A DNA stretch of 59,686 nt from Sulfurimonas sp. (lineage in GTDB: Bacteria > Campylobacterota > Campylobacteria > Campylobacterales > Sulfurimonadaceae). Position numbers and translations under genes: made by a program. Below the pieces are notes generated by a model. The model was given only the letters and a program-made list of their open reading frames with translations. It ran no database searches and had not been told where the DNA came from. Of this stretch, positions 22,840 to 32,779 are shown piece by piece. How positions within the stretch are numbered: position 1 is the first letter of the stretch; every line of letters begins with the position of its first letter. The stretch is from positions 1 through 59,686 of the forward strand of contig JANEIH010000001.1 of assembly GCA_024513425.1 (NCBI GenBank), given 5' to 3'.

Positions 22840-23811
22840 ATGAAAAATATGAAATTGTTGGGAGTGAGTTTAGCGGTAGTGGTATCGGTATTTACGGGTT
22901 GTGTCGATGATGAAAGTGCATCTTTTGGAGATACGAGTGATTTGTCATTTCCGGTAAATGCAGTTAGTGCAAAACCAACTTTGGAAAATGGAAAAAAAGT
23001 TGAAAATGCAACTGCAACAAATCAAATAGGAGGAGTACCCGGATTAAATAGTGTTAGTAATAATTCAAAGCTAAATACAGCACTATTGGGTAGTAAGATT
23101 TCTAAAAGATTACTAAAACATATCAAAGATACCAATATAGAGTCATATTCTTTAAATGAAACAATAGATTCTACTGATGAATGCCCATCCGGTGGTACAT
23201 TGAGATCTTATGGCAGTGCAAATGAAACAAATGAGGGTAGCATTACTTTTACTGCGGTAAATTGTAATGATGGTTATGAAATTATTAATGGTAGTGTATA
23301 TATAACTATGAAAAACTTTGATGATACTTTTGGAGATTTTAAAGATATGACAGTAAAATTTATGACCGATTTTACTATGAAAAAAGTATCTGATGATTCA
23401 ATGGCTAAAATTTCAGCCAATAGTTATATGGCTGTTAGTGTAATAAATTTTTCAGATGGAAATATGCAAAAATTTAAATCAGCTATGTCGTTACAAGCTA
23501 CAGACGGCAGTGAAAAATATGGACTTAAAGATTGTGAATTTTACTTTAAGGACAATGGTGACGAAATGGAAATGTATCAAACAAAGGGGAAAGTTTATAT
23601 AGATAGCTTAGCTTCATATGTTGATTACGATACAGACTACGATATGTCAGAGACGCCGTTTGTATTTAGTGATTCTGTAGACGCACCGATAAGCGGTGAA
23701 GCAAGATACAATATGGCAGATAATGGAAAAGTAAAAATAAAAGTAGAATCAAATAAGGTAAAAACTTATGTAGATGCCAACGGTGACGGTGTTTATGAAT
23801 TAAGCGAGTAG
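22840..23811 (+). CDS. Putative lipoprotein, AT-rich
   Basis: Lipobox FTGC (Cys21); CPSGG and NCNDG cysteine pair; C-terminal DANGDGVYE Ca-binding-like motif. Confidence 0.85.
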   Translation: MKNMKLLGVSLAVVVSVFTGCVDDESASFGDTSDLSFPVNAVSAKPTLENGKKVENATATNQIGGVPGLNSVSNNSKLNTALLGSKISKRLLKHIKDTNIESYSLNETIDSTDECPSGGTLRSYGSANETNEGSITFTAVNCNDGYEIINGSVYITMKNFDDTFGDFKDMTVKFMTDFTMKKVSDDSMAKISANSYMAVSVINFSDGNMQKFKSAMSLQATDGSEKYGLKDCEFYFKDNGDEMEMYQTKGKVYIDSLASYVDYDTDYDMSETPFVFSDSVDAPISGEARYNMADNGKVKIKVESNKVKTYVDANGDGVYELSE

Positions 23812-24650
23812 TGAAAAGAGCGTTATTGATCTTTATATTTCCGGCAACTATGTTTGCCGGAAATATTGAGCTATCTTTTAAAAATAACAATGGCGAGTCG
23901 TCATATATTGTAAATAGCAATAATACTCAAAATTTAAAATCAAAGCTAGTTTTCCCCTTTAGTTATAATTCTATCAAATTAAAATATAAGCACAAACTAA
24001 AATATTTTAATATTGCTATACAATCATCTTTTTTGTTGGATAGTAAAATAGAAAAGGGAAAAGATTATGATTGGCACAATAATAATCTTACAGTCTATTC
24101 TCAATCAGATAATAAAATTGATAAATATTATGAGATTGGAGTATTGTTAAATAGAAATATATTAAACAATCTAGGTCTATTCGCAAAATTTAATTATAGT
24201 GTTTTAGATATGCGCTGGAGAAATACCTATCAAAAAGATTATATAAGCAATACCAATAGATACGTTATGGGCAATACATTAAAATTTCAACAAAAATTTT
24301 ACAAGTACTATTTTGGGTTAAATTATAATAATAGTATCTCTAAAAATATATCTTTGATACTAAAACCATCATTGGTGTTTGCCTGCATTAACACTAAAGA
24401 TACACATATTTTAAGAGATTTTTATACCACTCAAAATGCCAAAGCGTTTGGATATGAGATAAGTTTTGCATTGAGATACAGTTTAACAATGAAATCAAAT
24501 ATAGAAATATCTATAGATAATATTAATATGGAAGATAAAAATACAGATATGGATTATTATAATAAATTAGATGAGAAATATTTATCATACCCATCATCTT
24601 ACAGCTATAAAAATACCACTGTCGGCATTCATTATGACTATAGCTTTTGA
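23811..24650 (+). CDS. Omptin-like outer-membrane beta-barrel protease
   Basis: Signal peptide; KSKL..., GKDYDW (D-x-D), KDTHILR (D-x-H); C-terminal YDYSF barrel signature; 279 aa. Confidence 0.7.
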   Translation: MKRALLIFIFPATMFAGNIELSFKNNNGESSYIVNSNNTQNLKSKLVFPFSYNSIKLKYKHKLKYFNIAIQSSFLLDSKIEKGKDYDWHNNNLTVYSQSDNKIDKYYEIGVLLNRNILNNLGLFAKFNYSVLDMRWRNTYQKDYISNTNRYVMGNTLKFQQKFYKYYFGLNYNNSISKNISLILKPSLVFACINTKDTHILRDFYTTQNAKAFGYEISFALRYSLTMKSNIEISIDNINMEDKNTDMDYYNKLDEKYLSYPSSYSYKNTTVGIHYDYSF

Positions 24651-24679
24651 GAGTACAAGGGTAGCAACTGCTTGACTTT

Positions 24680-25051
24680 TTACTCCCACTCTTTATATTT
24701 CGCTTTAGAGTGTTTATCTTTTTTGTACCTTCTGGCATTTTTACTTTTGTCTAACTGATTTGAACTGTAGAGCAAATCTTCTTTAATATTCTCTATTGTC
24801 TCGTCACTCTCTTTATAGGCAATCATCTTTTTTACAAGTTTTTGTAACTCCTGTAACTCTCCTTTATAAAGAGCAATCTCCTCAACACGGCTATACACCT
24901 TAAGGGCATTCTCGATTTTTTTATTATAATGCTCTTTTGTTAGTTTGGGAGTATTGCCGAGATAGGATATTATACTCTTGTGAAAACGCTCTAGTGCACG
25001 CACATAGCGAAGTCTATTTGAATTTTCTATAGCTTTTTTTGATGCTGCCAT
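24680..25051 (-). CDS. Hypothetical basic helical protein
   Basis: 123 aa ORF with AGGTAG RBS, ends RRYKKDKH... Confidence 0.75.
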   Translation of the reverse strand: MAASKKAIENSNRLRYVRALERFHKSIISYLGNTPKLTKEHYNKKIENALKVYSRVEEIALYKGELQELQKLVKKMIAYKESDETIENIKEDLLYSSNQLDKSKNARRYKKDKHSKAKYKEWE

Positions 25052-25108
25052 TTTCTACCTATTATTTATTTGTTGTTACAATTATACACTTAATTCACGG
25101 AGATAATT

Positions 25109-25507
25109 TTGAAAAAAATATTTTTAACTTTACTAATCTTGACTGTTTCGCTTTTTGCAGAGTACAAAAGTCAATATCTCACGCAGGATATTTTAAACTC
25201 TGGTATTCCTATTGTAGATATAAGAACGCATGGAGAGTGGCGTGAAACAGGAGTATTAAGAGGTGCCATTCCTATTACTTTTTTTGATGAAAGAGGTAAT
25301 TATAATGTTAATGCTTTCTTGCGTGAGCTTAATGCAAAAGTCGATACGAAAAAACCTTTTGCCATAATTTGTCACACAGGAAGCAGAACTGCAACAGTTG
25401 GACCATGGCTTGCAAAAAAATTAGGTTACAAGGTTATAAACCTCAAAGGCGGTATGGCGTATGCCACACAGACCCTTGGAATTAAGCCTGTGCCACTGTT
25501 AAAGTAG
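25109..25507 (+). CDS. Secreted single-domain rhodanese-like protein
   Basis: Signal peptide; VDIRTHGEW, CHTGSR active-site loop, NLKGGM. Confidence 0.88.
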   Translation: MKKIFLTLLILTVSLFAEYKSQYLTQDILNSGIPIVDIRTHGEWRETGVLRGAIPITFFDERGNYNVNAFLRELNAKVDTKKPFAIICHTGSRTATVGPWLAKKLGYKVINLKGGMAYATQTLGIKPVPLLK

Positions 25508-25972
25508 TGACCTTATAACATTTGTTACACCTTGATGCAGATTATAGTTTGCTATTGGAAAGTCCAAATCTTCACGCTCAAGATCTACTGTATGGCGTGA
25601 AAGATACTCCCCTAAGAGTTTTAGATCGATCGGCTTATATCGTTTACATATTTCTCTGTCAACCGAAGTACGCAGAAGTTCTCCTGCATCATTTGATCTT
25701 GCTAGAGTAAATGCTAAAGTCTTGAGGCTTAAAAAATCACTCCAATCCAAAAAAAGTTCCGGTGTCAATTTTACAATATGCTTCCCCTCGGGGGTAAAAA
25801 GCAGGTTCATCTCACGCAGTGGCACAAGCGCCGAAAGAGTAGCACGAGAAAAAGGAACAACCTTGTCAGACCAAAAAGGAGACTCATTTCTTGTTTGTAA
25901 CTCTTTATCTATAACATTTACAATTGTCTCTGCATCTGCATTTTCAAATAGCTCATAGCTCTCTTGTTTCAT
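25499..25972 (-). CDS. Hypothetical protein
   Basis: 157 aa ORF with RBS; no motif confidently recognised. Confidence 0.75.
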   Translation of the reverse strand: MKQESYELFENADAETIVNVIDKELQTRNESPFWSDKVVPFSRATLSALVPLREMNLLFTPEGKHIVKLTPELFLDWSDFLSLKTLAFTLARSNDAGELLRTSVDREICKRYKPIDLKLLGEYLSRHTVDLEREDLDFPIANYNLHQGVTNVIRSLL

Positions 25973-26131
25973 TGTTTTTCCATTTGTATCTATATTTTTT
26001 TGATTTTAACAGTATATAATTTCATTTTTAAAAAGGAGATATATTTTAAAACTAAATAAAAAGCTTTATAGCCAATAATCTTTAAGTTAATATGCTAAAA
26101 TACTGCCATATAAATATTTACAAGGGTATAA

Positions 26132-27415
26132 ATGTCATTTGAAAAACTAGGAGTCTTTAAACCTCTGCTTGATGCCATAAAAGATTTGGCTTACACAAAG
26201 CCGACAACAATTCAACAAAGAGCAATTCCTTTAGTTTTACAAAAAAGAGATATTTTTGCTACAGCGCAAACAGGAACGGGAAAAACAGCTGCTTTTGCAC
26301 TTCCTCTCTTACAGCGTCTTCGTAAACATCAAGAGAGTAAAGGGATTCGTGCTATTATTCTCTCCCCGACACGCGAGCTCTCTATTCAGATATATGAAGA
26401 TATCAATGCTTATGCAAAATATATGGATATAAAAACAGATATTTTAGTTGGTGGAAAAGATCTTGAAAAACAGCGTAAGCGTCTCAAGTGTGGTACTGAA
26501 ATAGTCATAGCAACATATGGACGACTGCTAGAACATATTGAGAATGGACTCTACCTGAGTGATGTAGAGATTTTTGTACTTGATGAAGCAGACAGAATGC
26601 TTGATATGGGTTTTATGAAAGATATTAGAAAGATTCATCCACTGTTGCCAAAACGGCATCAGACACTCCTTTTCTCTGCAACATTTTCAGATAAGGTGAG
26701 AAAGCTTTCAAAGCTTGTATTGACAAAACCCGCATTTATTGAAACTGCAATGAAAAATACAACGATTGATACAATTAATCAGATAGCATATCAGGTTGAC
26801 AGTGCAAGAAAAGCAGAACTTCTGGCATATCTTATAGGCTCACGCAACTTTCTTCAGGTGCTTGTTTTTACACGCACAAAGGCAAGTGCAGATGAGCTTG
26901 CGGAAGAACTCAAAAAAGATGGACTCACAGTCGGTGTGATTCATGGAGATAAGACAAAAGCAAATCGTTTAAAAACGCTCACGCAGTTTAAAGAGGGTAA
27001 GTTTCGAGTACTTGTTGCAACAGATATTGCATCGCGTGGGCTTGATATTGAGGAGTTGCCATATGTCATCAACTATGAACTCCCTTCTGTTCCTGAAGAT
27101 TATGTGCATCGTGTTGGGCGTACCGGGCGTGCAGGGCGTACGGGTGAGGCTATTAGTTTGATTGATATTTATGAGAAGTATGATATCAAAGAGATTGAAA
27201 AGCTCACCGGTCAAAAGATTCCAAAAGATACTATAGAAGGTTTCGAGCCAGACCCAAATATTCGTCGTAAAGATGTTAATGAGGTCAAATTAAAAGCAGA
27301 GCATAAGCGTGAAGCAAAGAGATTTGTCAAACATAAAAAAGAGCCTGAGCGTGTAACGGCAAAACTCTTAAAAAGCACCAAGAAAAAGAGAAAAACGACC
27401 AAGAGAGATGGATAG
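26132..27415 (+). CDS. DEAD-box RNA helicase (RhlE-like)
   Basis: AQTGTGKT, PTREL, DEAD, SAT, HRVGRTGR; basic tail. Confidence 0.96.
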   Translation: MSFEKLGVFKPLLDAIKDLAYTKPTTIQQRAIPLVLQKRDIFATAQTGTGKTAAFALPLLQRLRKHQESKGIRAIILSPTRELSIQIYEDINAYAKYMDIKTDILVGGKDLEKQRKRLKCGTEIVIATYGRLLEHIENGLYLSDVEIFVLDEADRMLDMGFMKDIRKIHPLLPKRHQTLLFSATFSDKVRKLSKLVLTKPAFIETAMKNTTIDTINQIAYQVDSARKAELLAYLIGSRNFLQVLVFTRTKASADELAEELKKDGLTVGVIHGDKTKANRLKTLTQFKEGKFRVLVATDIASRGLDIEELPYVINYELPSVPEDYVHRVGRTGRAGRTGEAISLIDIYEKYDIKEIEKLTGQKIPKDTIEGFEPDPNIRRKDVNEVKLKAEHKREAKRFVKHKKEPERVTAKLLKSTKKKRKTTKRDG

Positions 27416-27445
27416 ATAAAAATAAAGAGAGAAGAGAGAATAGAG

Positions 27446-30019
27446 ATGAACAAACAGCCAGAAGCGATATATCTAAAAGATTATAAAAACCCCTCTTTTG
27501 CCATTAAGAGTGTCAATCTAACATTTGAGATTTATGAAGAAGAGACCATTGTTAATAGTGTTATGGAGTTTTTAAAGCTCCAAAATGTGACCGATTTGCA
27601 ACTTCACACTGAAGAGTTGGAACTTTTAGAGATTGAACTAGATGGTGCGATACTCTCAGATGAGCATTATAATATTGGTACAAAATCATTAATAATTAGA
27701 GGTGTACCAGAAGCTTTTGAGCTCAAAATCACCAATAAAATCTATCCGCATAAAAATACCGAACTTGAAGGTTTGTACAGATCAGGAGATATCTTTTGTA
27801 CGCAGTGCGAACCAGATGGCTTCCGAAGAATCACGCCCTATCTTGATCGTCCCGATGTTATGAGTCTCTTTACTACAACGGTTATAGCCGACAAAGAGAA
27901 GTATCCGATACTACTGAGCAATGGAAATAGAGTGCAGTGCTATGACGGCTTTGATGGTCGTCATGGAGTGACATGGTACGATCCACATCCAAAGCCCTCT
28001 TATCTTTTTGCTTTGGTTGCTGGAGATTTAGGAGAGATAAACGACAATTTTGTGACAATGAGCGGCAAAGAGGTTGCTCTTAATATTTATGTAGATAGAG
28101 GAAATGAGCTCAAATGCTCTCACGCAATGAGCTCACTCAAAGAGGCTATGCTCTGGGATGAAGAGCAGTACGCAAGGGAGTATGATCTCGGTATCTACAA
28201 TATAGTAGCAGTGGATAGTTTCAATATGGGAGCTATGGAGAACAAAGGGCTTAATATCTTTAATTCTGCCTATGTTTTAGCAGACAGCGATACGGCAACA
28301 GATGCAAATTTTATGGGTATTGAGTCTGTTATTGCCCATGAGTATTTTCACAACTGGACAGGAAATCGTATAACCTGTCGTGACTGGTTTCAACTCACTC
28401 TTAAAGAGGGATTAACCGTCTTTCGTGACCAGTGCTTCTCAGCAGATATGAACTCTAAAGAGGTACAGCGTATAGAAGATGTAAAGGGGTTGCGTGAGCG
28501 TCAGTTTGCCGAAGATGCTTCACCTACACGCCACTCTATCCAACCAAAATCATACATCTCAATGAATAACTTCTATACTTCGACCGTCTATGAAAAGGGT
28601 GCTGAAGTTATTCGTATGATCTATACACTATTAGGAGAAGAGAAGTACCGCAGGGCTATGGATCTGTACTTTAAAAGTTTTGACGGCAAAGCGGTAACGA
28701 CAGATGATTTTGTCAATGCAATGAGTGAAGCAGGTGAGATTGATTTGGGGCAGTTTAAACTTTGGTATCACCAGAGCGGTACGCCTCGTCTTGTTGTTGA
28801 GGAGTGTTTTAAAAACGGTAGATACACCTTAAAACTCACGCAGAAGATTCCTGATGATGTTGATGGCTCAAAGCAAGAGCCGATGTACTATCCTCTAAAG
28901 ATAGCATTGATTCATCAAGATGGCGTAGAGGCATTTGAGAAGAGACTTGTCATCTCAAAAGAGCAAGAGAGATTTATCTTTGAAGGTTTTGAGGCAAAAC
29001 CGATACTCTCTATCAATAGAGATTTTTCCGCGCCTATTATAGTAGAACAAGAGCGGGCAGAGTATGCTTTTTTAATGAAGTATGATACTAACAGTTTTAC
29101 ACAGTATGAAGCAACACAAAGCTTTGCTATTGCAACACTAGAGGCTATGATGGAAGGTCATAATATCAATAAGGCTTACATCGAAGCTTTTGGGTATCTT
29201 CTTGATCTAAATATTGATCTTTCATATAAGGCACTTCTTTTGGAGCTGCCATCGGTCTCTACATTAATGCAACGACAGGAGGCTGTTGATTGCCAAAAAA
29301 TTTATATTGCACAAGAGAATCTACTGAAAGAGCTTGCACTTACTTTTAAGGAGAAACTTTTAGAACTCTACTGTGAAAATCACTCTACAACTACTTCTTT
29401 GGACGCAAAAAGTATTTCTAAGCGTGCTATTAAAAACAGAGTCTTAAAACTACTTTCTGTTTTAGAGAGCAAAGAGATATCACTCATTGCAAAAGCCCAG
29501 TACGATAGATCTCTTACAATGACAGACAGAATAGCAGCTCTTGATGTGTTAGAGCATACTGATGAATTGTTAGCCAAAGAAGCTTTTGGAGATTTTTACA
29601 ATAAGTACAAAGAGAACACGTTAGTGATGAACAAATACTTTGCTCTGCTTTCATCTTCACTGCGTGATGGTGTCTTGCATCGTGTTAAAGTACTGCAGAG
29701 TGATGAGGCATATGATGAAAAAGTGCCAAACCTTGTACGCTCTTTGGTGGGAACCTTTGCTCGAAACCATAAACATTTTCATGCAAAAGATGGAGAGGGA
29801 TATAAATTTGTTGCAGATAAGATTATGGAGATCGATAAAATCAATCCACAAATAGCCTCTGGACTCTGCTCAACATTTAAAATATATGATAAAATGAACA
29901 AAGAAAACCAAAAATTAATGAAACGAGAATTGATGCGTGTAGTTTCTACACAGTCACTTTCCAAAAATTCTTTTGAGATTATAGAAAAAATTTTAAAATC
30001 AAATAGATTTTTTGCTTAA
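27446..30019 (+). CDS. pepN: Aminopeptidase N
   Basis: GAMEN, HEYFH...E, NNFYT, PNLVRSL. Confidence 0.97.
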   Translation: MNKQPEAIYLKDYKNPSFAIKSVNLTFEIYEEETIVNSVMEFLKLQNVTDLQLHTEELELLEIELDGAILSDEHYNIGTKSLIIRGVPEAFELKITNKIYPHKNTELEGLYRSGDIFCTQCEPDGFRRITPYLDRPDVMSLFTTTVIADKEKYPILLSNGNRVQCYDGFDGRHGVTWYDPHPKPSYLFALVAGDLGEINDNFVTMSGKEVALNIYVDRGNELKCSHAMSSLKEAMLWDEEQYAREYDLGIYNIVAVDSFNMGAMENKGLNIFNSAYVLADSDTATDANFMGIESVIAHEYFHNWTGNRITCRDWFQLTLKEGLTVFRDQCFSADMNSKEVQRIEDVKGLRERQFAEDASPTRHSIQPKSYISMNNFYTSTVYEKGAEVIRMIYTLLGEEKYRRAMDLYFKSFDGKAVTTDDFVNAMSEAGEIDLGQFKLWYHQSGTPRLVVEECFKNGRYTLKLTQKIPDDVDGSKQEPMYYPLKIALIHQDGVEAFEKRLVISKEQERFIFEGFEAKPILSINRDFSAPIIVEQERAEYAFLMKYDTNSFTQYEATQSFAIATLEAMMEGHNINKAYIEAFGYLLDLNIDLSYKALLLELPSVSTLMQRQEAVDCQKIYIAQENLLKELALTFKEKLLELYCENHSTTTSLDAKSISKRAIKNRVLKLLSVLESKEISLIAKAQYDRSLTMTDRIAALDVLEHTDELLAKEAFGDFYNKYKENTLVMNKYFALLSSSLRDGVLHRVKVLQSDEAYDEKVPNLVRSLVGTFARNHKHFHAKDGEGYKFVADKIMEIDKINPQIASGLCSTFKIYDKMNKENQKLMKRELMRVVSTQSLSKNSFEIIEKILKSNRFFA

Positions 30020-30168
30020 TGAACTTTTTATTTCTCCTAAAATAGGGTAAAAATAGCGTATATATAGTAAGTTTATCAAAAGTATAAGTAATTATAATTA
30101 TTTTTTGTGATATAAATGTGATTTTTTTTTGATAGAATTTTTTAGAACTTAAAAAATAGGATGAACAT

Positions 30169-31638
30169 ATGGCAAGATTAGTAGTATTAGGTGGCGGTGT
30201 TGCTGGACATACAACAGCAACATTTGCTGCAAGATGGTTAGGATCTGAGCATGAAGTGGTAGTTGTCACTCCAAATGCAAAATGGAACTGGATTCCATCA
30301 AACATCTGGGTTGGCGTTGGAGAAATGAAAAAAGAGGAAGTTACTTTTGATTTGGCTCCCGTATATGCAAAAGCCGGCATTACATATCGTCAGGCCAAAG
30401 CGGTATCAATCAACCCAGAAGGTGGTGAGTCAAGTGATCAACCTTTTGTGACTATTGAATATACAAGTGCAGACAAAGCGGGTCAAAGCGAAACTATTGA
30501 GTATGATTATTTAGTAAATGCAACCGGTCCAAAGCTTAACTTCGGTGCAACACCGGGTTTAGGTGAAGGAAGTCAATTGGGCGAGCATACTGTTTCGGTA
30601 TGTACTTCAGATCATGCTGTGCATGCTTTTGAAAAATTAACTGAAGCTATTGAAAAGATGAAAGCTGGAACGCGTCAAAAAATCCTTGTCGGTACAGGTC
30701 ACGGTATGTGTACATGTCAAGGTGCTGCATTTGAGTATATCTTCAATATCGAACATGAGCTAAGAAAAGCCGGCGTGCGTGATATGGCAGATATAAAATG
30801 GATTTCAAATGAGTCATTTCTCGGTGACTTTGGTATGGGTGGACTTCATCTGAAAGTCGGTGGATTTGTTGTATCTTCCAAACTTTTTGCCGAATCACTT
30901 TTTGCTGAGAGGAATGTTGAATGGATTATAGGTGCACATGTCTCTAAAGTTGAAGAAGGAAAAGTTCACTATGAGCTTCTCGATGGTTCAACGGGTGAAG
31001 AGGAGTTTGATTTTTCAATGCTCATTCCACCATTTGCAGGTGTTGGTCTTAAAGCTTACAACAAAGCAGGTGAAGATATTACCGATACTGTATTTGCTCC
31101 AAACGGATTTATGAAAGTCGATGCGAACTATAATGCAGGTGCGTATGAAAATTGGAAAGCTTCCGACTGGCCAAAAACATATCAAAACCCTACATATAAA
31201 AATATGTTTGCTGCGGGTATCGCTTTTGCGCCACCACATATCATCTCTAAACCTATGAGTTCTCCAAACGGAACTCCGATCAATCCAACACCACCAAGAA
31301 CCGGTATGCCTTCCGGTATTATCGGCAAAACTGTTGCGCACTCTGTTTGCGCCTTAATAGCAAAAGGTGAAAATGCACACTTGCATGAAGCTTCTATGGC
31401 TAAAATGGGTGCTGCTTGTGTTGCTTCCGCAGGTAAAGGTGTATTTACCGGAACTGCGGCTGCAATGACAGTTTATCCTGTCGTTCCTGACTTTGAAAAA
31501 TATCCCGGAACAGGTCGTGATACAAACTATACATTTGGCGAAATCGGTCTTGCAGGACATTGGATTAAACATATTTTACATCATCTGTTTATCTACAAAG
31601 CAAAACTAAATCCAGGCTGGACTTTAATTCCAGAATAA
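30169..31638 (+). CDS. sqr: Sulfide:quinone oxidoreductase (type IV/SqrD-like)
   Basis: GGGVAG FAD motif, WIPSNIWVG, SVC, CTCQGAAFEY, PPRTG, ACVAS; 489 aa. Confidence 0.9.
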   Translation: MARLVVLGGGVAGHTTATFAARWLGSEHEVVVVTPNAKWNWIPSNIWVGVGEMKKEEVTFDLAPVYAKAGITYRQAKAVSINPEGGESSDQPFVTIEYTSADKAGQSETIEYDYLVNATGPKLNFGATPGLGEGSQLGEHTVSVCTSDHAVHAFEKLTEAIEKMKAGTRQKILVGTGHGMCTCQGAAFEYIFNIEHELRKAGVRDMADIKWISNESFLGDFGMGGLHLKVGGFVVSSKLFAESLFAERNVEWIIGAHVSKVEEGKVHYELLDGSTGEEEFDFSMLIPPFAGVGLKAYNKAGEDITDTVFAPNGFMKVDANYNAGAYENWKASDWPKTYQNPTYKNMFAAGIAFAPPHIISKPMSSPNGTPINPTPPRTGMPSGIIGKTVAHSVCALIAKGENAHLHEASMAKMGAACVASAGKGVFTGTAAAMTVYPVVPDFEKYPGTGRDTNYTFGEIGLAGHWIKHILHHLFIYKAKLNPGWTLIPE

Positions 31639-31654
31639 AATACAAGGAGACAAT

Positions 31655-31831
31655 ATGAGCAAGAAAAAAATAGTAGCAGAAGAGACAAACTTTCAAAAAA
31701 ATGATGCATTTAATCTTACAATGATTCCAGGTGCATTTGCAAGAAAAATGAGAACATGTCTTATTTGGCAATTTATCAGATTTATAACGATCAATATTAA
31801 AATGATTATTGTTGTTGGAAAAAGCCATTAA
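31655..31831 (+). CDS. 58-aa small protein directly after sqr; not in ORF track
   Basis: AAGGAGA RBS at 31644-31650; MSKKKIVAEETNFQKNDAFNLTMIPGAFARKMRTCLIWQFIRFITINIKMIIVVGKSH; ends just before a terminator. Confidence 0.85.
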   Translation: MSKKKIVAEETNFQKNDAFNLTMIPGAFARKMRTCLIWQFIRFITINIKMIIVVGKSH

Positions 31832-31835
31832 TTTT

Positions 31836-31863
31836 ATAACTTTGGGATTTATCCCAAAGTTAT
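31836..31863 (+). terminator. Hairpin terminator closing the sqr/small-ORF operon
   Basis: ATAACTTTGGGAT-TT-ATCCCAAAGTTAT perfect inverted repeat. Confidence 0.8.
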
Positions 31864-31905
31864 TCCCCTTTAAATATTTCCAAAAACGATATAAAAGGCA
31901 CTTTT

Positions 31906-32718
31906 ATGGTTAAAGAGATTATCACATACCCGACTCCACTTAGTGTCAAATATGCAACTGATGTAAGAGTCTTTAGTGATGAGTTATTTGCCTTGATAAA
32001 AGATCTCAAAGATACTATCAATGAAAATAATTTGGATGGTCTTGCCGCTTTTCAGATTGGGAGTTATTATAATGTAATTGTTGTGAAAGATGAGGATGGC
32101 GAACTTGTAGAGATGATTAACCCTCGTCTTATCGCACACAGCGGTCAATTGACCACTAAAGAATCAACTGCATACTATCCAAACCGAACAGCAAAGATAA
32201 CGCGTTATGAAAATATCAGCGTGATTTATCAAGACCGCGATGCAAAAGATTGCTCTCTTAAGGCAAGTGGATCTGTAGCTATTGCAATCCAGAGAAAAAT
32301 TGATTATACTTTTGGTGCAACATTTATTCACAAGATGTCCAAAGAGGTAAAAGAGGCTTTTGAGAATAGACTTGAGTATGATGATGAAGTAGAAAGTGCA
32401 GACTACTGCCCAACAAGCTTTAAAAGAGATAAAATTGTAGTGATAATGAATGTGATTATGGCATTTATGGTACTTGGTTTTATTGTAGCTCTTTTTATTG
32501 ATGATAGTTTACTGTTACAAAATATTTGGAAGTATCTTCTGTATGGTTCTGTTGGGGTTGTTTCTCTTGATGTAGTCTATTTCTTTTATGCACAATATGA
32601 GGGGAAGCAACAGAATGGATGTAGCAGTTGTCAGATAGGGAACATTATTGGAACGGCACTGATGGTGCTTTTTAAATTGAGTATTGTTATGCTACTCTCT
32701 TATTTTTTTGTTTATTAA
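31906..32718 (+). CDS. Peptide deformylase-like domain without metal ligands, fused to a 3-TM CxxC domain
   Basis: GLAAFQIG and MINP kept; EGCLS replaced by ESTAY; HExxH replaced by RKIDY; C-terminal YCP, 3 TM, CSSC. Confidence 0.85.
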   Translation: MVKEIITYPTPLSVKYATDVRVFSDELFALIKDLKDTINENNLDGLAAFQIGSYYNVIVVKDEDGELVEMINPRLIAHSGQLTTKESTAYYPNRTAKITRYENISVIYQDRDAKDCSLKASGSVAIAIQRKIDYTFGATFIHKMSKEVKEAFENRLEYDDEVESADYCPTSFKRDKIVVIMNVIMAFMVLGFIVALFIDDSLLLQNIWKYLLYGSVGVVSLDVVYFFYAQYEGKQQNGCSSCQIGNIIGTALMVLFKLSIVMLLSYFFVY

Positions 32719-32779
32719 TAAAAGTAGGTAGTATGTTGGAAAATATTTTGAGATATAGCTTGTTAAATAAGGAAAAAAT

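Noticed and set aside
25499-25972. Weak resemblance of FWSDKVVPFSRATLSALVPLRE to a conjugative coupling-protein helix
   Set aside because: One short segment only, no NTPase motifs and no transfer genes nearby
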